The notes beneath the pieces are model-generated. The model saw only the letters and a list, made by a program, of their open reading frames with translations, did no database searches and was not told where the DNA came from. From Hydrolagus affinis (taxonomy: Eukaryota), in contig JAAILG010000169.1 in the NCBI GenBank assembly GCA_012026655.1, positions 62,001 to 126,000 on the forward strand: DNA of 64,000 nucleotides, written 5' to 3'. Shown here piece by piece: positions 58,977 through 64,000 of the stretch; position 1 is the stretch's first letter; each line of letters starts with the position of its first letter. The position numbers were made by a program, and so were the translations under genes.

Positions 58977-59312
58977 ATAATAATCCTTGCATTTAATACA
59001 GCACCTTATCATGCCTTTGAGATGTCTCGAAAGTGCTTCACAAGATATACTGTAAAGTGAATTGACTGTTTATTTTGTGGGCGAAACGCGCACAGCTGTG
59101 TCCCACAAACAGTCATGATTTGAGTGACCAAATTATTATTTTTTCGGAGAGATTATTACACCTGGAAAAGCAATCTGCCAATTGACTGACAACCGAGTTC
59201 CTATTTACTGCAAGCTAAACAGAGGTGTGTGGAGTAAGGAAACTAGCCTGAAGTTTCACCCTCCGGGAATCGAACCTAGGTCCTCGCGCTTGTGAGTCAG
59301 GTGCTCTATGAG
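58977..59312 (-). mobile_element. tRNA-derived SINE, long subfamily, near full length
   Basis: Tail, body, extra segment at 59159-59222, and box B (gggaatcgaacc on +). Confidence 0.85.
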
Positions 59313-59544
59313 CCCTCAACTCCATGGGTTATATATATATCTGGAGGAGTGGACCTTCTGAGGGTGTTGAGTGGTTTATTTATGAAATAAGACCCTCAAC
59401 ATGGTATGATACAGGCTGTATTTAAATCCAGCTTTTTTGGTGGGGGTGGGAGTGATGTATATCAAACACATAAGAGAATTAGGGAGAGAAATAAATGAAA
59501 CAAGGTGAGAGAGAGAACAAATGAAGAGGGGATAGGGATCAAGA

Positions 59545-59618
59545 CGTGAGTCATGATCTAATAGAATGGCAGAACAGGCTTGAGGGGCTGAATGGCCTCC
59601 TTCAATTTCCTATGTTCC
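59545..59618 (+). mobile_element. CR1/HER1-like 3' tail
   Basis: catgatctaatagaatggcagaacaggcttgaggggctgaatggcctccttcaatttcctatgttcc. Confidence 0.7.
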
Positions 59619-61399
59619 ACGAGAGAGATAAACCGAGAGAGAGTGAGAGAATGAGAGAGAGAATAACAGCGATAATGAGACAGAGATGTAACAAGGACGA
59701 AACACTGCATAAAAAACAAGATATGGTTCAGTTAACCAACTAACTAAATAAATAAAGCAGATTCTTTTTTCCTTTCAGGAGCTCATTAGTGTAATAAATA
59801 CCAATAAAAGAAAATGCAAACCAGAAGGTGCAGACTTACGGTTGAGATGCCCACAGATTTGACAGCTTAAACACTTACAACTCGCAGCAAGCAGGGGAAA
59901 AAAACCTCGCTCAGTAAAGAGGAGTTGTGTAGCACCCAACACCTCACTTTATATAAGCTCCCAGACTGTAAAAAACATGTCAGTAATTAAACAGCTCCCA
60001 ACTCAAGTCTAGAGAAATTCTATTTATACGCTTACTTCTATTCTACTGTTGGAAGACACAGCCCCCATGATGATATGGCCGCCAAGAGGACAGTGAGCCG
60101 CTCTGACATGGTAAGGCCCAGGATTGATCTTAAGTGACAGGGGTGAGAGCACTATATCTGATCTGAGGTTGAAGGCTTAGTTATAGGTGGAGAGGTCTCC
60201 AGTGACTACCAAAGACTCTTGTTCCAAGGGCATATAATAATAATCCTTACATTTATATAGAGCTTTCCACAGCTTATCGACGTCTCAAAGTGCTTCATAT
60301 TGACATGTCAATGACAATATCAGCAGCAAACTTGGCGATGTTGTTCTTCACAGTCAAATATTCTTGCCCAGCCTGTCTCAGGTTACAGATATAGAGTACA
60401 AGTTGGGTGACCGTCCTATTGTATGTAACACACACAGAATGGCCACTGCCTCAGTGTGTATCTAACACATAGGCTGGTCACTGCCACAGTGTATATAACA
60501 CCATGTCTTTTCCCTGCTTGTTTCCCCACTGATCTGCATACTGTGTGAAGCGCTGATGCCTTTCTCGATGCCAGTTTCTCCTGGCTGTGAAAAACAGGCA
60601 ACAAACAATACGACGGGAGAAGCAGGCATTGCCCAGCTCGGGCTAATTCTTTCAGCGAAGTGTTGGGCACTGCACCAGGCGAGGGAAGGACGGGCCAATA
60701 GATTGGCTGCTGGGTGTTTGTGAAAGAAAACAGCGGCCACGTTAACAGTGATTTATTGTCCTTCATGTGTGCACAGTGCAAACAAAATCATCGGCTAGAT
60801 TTTAATACTCATCAAGTTGTGGATCGTAAATAACTCTATTGTGTACATCATCCGGGTTGCTGAGGCAGCACATTTCCCTCATGTGACTGTCACTGTTACA
60901 GTCACAGCATCTGGAAAGCACGTCTATTTATAAAGTCCTCAAAGGAAACGCAAACTCCGTCATTTCAGAAATGTACATAACTCATCCCAGACGCTGAGCT
61001 ACTGCACATTACTCATCCGTGGCTCACCCATCATCGGCAGAGTCCCGGGACTGCCGCTTGTTATTACTCATGCCTGCTTATGAAAGAAAAGGGGGAGGAA
61101 CCTTTATGCTTCCGAGGTATATATTGCCACCCCAGCAGAGAACTCGGTGCACACAGAAGCCCACTGCTGTGGGTGTCAGTTTGGGTCATTCAGTCAGCAG
61201 CACACAAACCCCAGAGTCAGAGGTTGCGGATTCCAACCTTGCAATGGGACTGAAGCTCACAATGTAAAATGGCACTCTTGAGGCCGTCCTGGGCAGCAAT
61301 GCAGTAGAGGTTTTAACCCAGCTCACATCAGCTGTTTTCTTCAGACGCGCAAAGAAGCTCCCACGAGAAAGCTTCTCGAGATGTTTCGTTATCGCTGGA

Positions 61400-61706
61400 C
61401 TGGCGACCCCGGCCTCCTACTTGTCCCTCGCGCCCTACACTATGCTATGCCATTGGAGGCCGCGCTTTCAGCCACCATCCCCCAAAACTCTGGCACACTC
61501 GCCTTCAATCCCTCCGCCTTGCCCCCTTCTCTACCTATTTAAATGTCCCGCATGAAAACCTTCCTGTTCGACTGTGCTTACGGTCACCTCCACCCTTCCC
61601 CCCCCTCCCCCCCCACTCCACTCTCTGAGATGCACTGTTGAGCGCTCTGAGACACTACCCTGCGTGAAGGACACGATATAACGATATACGTGCAAGTTGT
61701 TGTTGG
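61400..61706 (+). mobile_element. L2-clade LINE 3' fragment
   Basis: ccattggaggccgcgctttcagccacc...aaaaccttcctgttcgactgtgctt...gagcgctctgagac...caagttgttgttg. Confidence 0.7.
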
Positions 61707-63909
61707 TATGTGAGGCGTATCTTTCTTCTGCAATTCTATCTCAACGGAGAGGGGTCAAAATTGAGGTGTGAGGAGCCGGTTTGACCGAGAGGAAAGGGGG
61801 GAAAAACACTGACGGGAAGACCAAGCGATCGGACTCGGAGAAGGCACATTGGGCAAGTGAATAGACCAACCACTAAGTCTTCTCAGAACAGACACAAGTG
61901 ATGCCCTCTCCTGGAAACCCATTGTTATTTCAGTGTAAACACACCGCATGATGGGCCAGGGTTCTGCTGTTCCAATTCAAACTGCAATCAGGTTTCCTTT
62001 TAAAATCCTGGTCAAAACAGCCAGAGGTGAATTCTGAGATTTCACCACCGGTCAAGCAAACTCCGTAAGGACCTCCCATCTACCGTCCGGTGAATTGCTC
62101 CCACTGCCAAACACCACTGGCCAAGAAACGGTTAAGGCATTTGCAGAGTAACGGCAAACACTCACCAAGGTGCAGGTCACACAACCCTTCACAGACACAA
62201 TAGGAAATGAATGTAATGGTGTTGACGAAGGACAACAACGACAACATGCATTTACACAGAACCTTTCAAGTCTCCTAAGTGCTCGGCCTGCAAAGAGATA
62301 TGCTTTTACAAGCGTTTTGCAGACAGGGGAAAAGAACAAGCAGAGAGTTTTTGGAGAGTTCCATAGAGTAGGATACAGTAGCTGTAGAATACAGATACAT
62401 GAAGAACAGGATGAAGGATTTTTGCACTAGTGAGCCAACACTTTCTCAGGAGATCAAGATCTAAATATAACTTATTTTCTCACCCACAAGGGCAGGGCCT
62501 TTTGTTCCCCCAACACAACAATGTCCTAGGTTTGAATCTCCCTCTGAAAAGCCCAGAGCACTCAACCTCTGTTCCAATAACACTTTACTCACTCACTAGG
62601 AATTCACTGTAAAATGTTTGCAAAATGTTTCTGTTGCGCAACTCTGCTGCTTTCAACTCTAATGGAAGTTTTCAGGGAAACATAAATGGTTTCATATGAC
62701 TTTTGACTCTCGACTTGCTGTCTTTGGGTAGATGCCTGATCTAAGACCAGTCATGCAACGCAATTTGGAGAAGGAAAGTGTGGGCGATCAGCAGTAAATA
62801 CAAAATTGTGAAATCTGCTCCCGCCCTACACTTATTCATGGAACAGTACTCACTTAAAAGGAGAAATGTATTCCTGCCTTAGGGCATGGCATTAAACTTG
62901 TATCCAAGTATGATTCATGCAGCACTGGGCCGTCAGTTCAAAACCCTCTCTGCCACTGGAGCACAATTTTACAAGTACATGTTGGCAAGTTATTTGGTTG
63001 CAGGAGGCATCACAGCCAAACCTGAACTTGCCTTCACCCAACATCCAGCACACTGACCACCTTGCATTTCCATTTTTCATACCCTCAAACGCGTGCTATC
63101 GCTCCAGTGTGTCGTTTAAGGGTCACACCACAAACGGCCTGGATAATGAATTCTGTCCTCACCTGATGTGCACACACGCGTGCAATTAACATGGAGGGTT
63201 GCTAGATAGTAACAAGCAGCAGGGACTGAGGTCCAGCAGGGACGGAGGTGTGGTTTAAGTTTAGATTATTTACCTATCACCAAAGATGGTGCATTTCACA
63301 GTTTAGCCATTAGGTCTTCAGTAGCCATTTTATGAGTCAAAACCAATCCCTTTTAATAAACGAGTCAATGCCTTTTTTAAACCATTTCCCCGTATGGATC
63401 TGGATTAAGCTCACAGCCACAGTTCAAAGATCATATTAAAAAAAATTATATTGCAAATGTGGAGGCATCTGGCCGTTGGTGAAACTGCTGGAATAAACAT
63501 TCCAGAGGTCTGCAATAGCATAAACAAGTGATTGTGGGAGCTTTACTGCTGGGCTATGAGGAGAATCTGAAATTGTGTGGTGTGTGTGGTCAAACTATGG
63601 GAGGTAGCTCGTCAGTTGGAGATGAGCTGCACTGTGACCCAAAGGTTGCTGTCTGCAATTATCTAGAATTGTACACTCCCATGTCTCCCTCTTCAGTCAC
63701 CGTGGCCAAAATTCAAGTACAGTACAAAGAAAAGGCTTCAAATGATCCTGATCATAAAGGGAAGTTGAACGAAGGCACTTCCACCTATTGGATCTTATCC
63801 TTCTCGAATACTATCCTGAATTCCAACCATCGCTACTTTGAACTGTTTTTCAAAGGTTTCCAGTGTGCTAGCTTTGGTCACCCTTCCTGTTAATAATGAC
63901 AATAATAAT

Positions 63910-64000
63910 CAAAATAATCCTTGCATTTTGATATAGCGCTTTTCACTATAGCGCTTCTAGACATCTCAAAGTGCTTTACAGAATATACGGTAAAGTGAAT
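63910..64000 (-). mobile_element. SINE/L2 3' tail, cut by the window edge
   Basis: aataatccttgcattttgatatagcgcttttc...aaagtgctttacagaatatacggtaaagtgaat. Confidence 0.75.

Noticed and set aside
55372-64000. Search for NRP2 exon 1 (ATG + signal peptide, phase-1 donor), including ATG AGT AAT AAC...GG|gtgagc near 61028-61071
   Set aside because: That candidate is hydrophilic and ends in phase 2. No hydrophobic signal-peptide exon was found, so exon 1 is probably beyond the window.

Overview
Vertebrate genomic DNA. The repeat content (Deu-domain SINEs, HER1/CR1-like and L2 LINE tails) suggests a cartilaginous fish, possibly a chimaera; the taxon is an inference. One gene spans the window: neuropilin-2 (NRP2) on the minus strand. 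I traced coding exons 2-15 (55371 down to 18269, 2400 nt in total). All have GT-AG boundaries and consistent phases, and most match the human exon sizes as I recall them. Both alternative 3' ends are present: the NRP2b terminal exon (16259-16539, ending ...DDYSSNC) and the NRP2a terminal exon (2916-3241, ending in the PDZ motif SEA). A probable 69-nt NRP2a linker exon lies at 5598-5666. The signal-peptide exon 1 was not found and probably lies beyond position 64000. The introns are full of tRNA-derived SINEs, older DeuSINEs, L2/CR1 3' fragments, three small DNA-transposon-like elements and microsatellites, and there is one 100-N gap. Almost all ORFs in the supplied track are spurious. I found no evidence of a wholly new biological system. 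The most interesting items are lineage-specific features of NRP2 and unusual small mobile elements.
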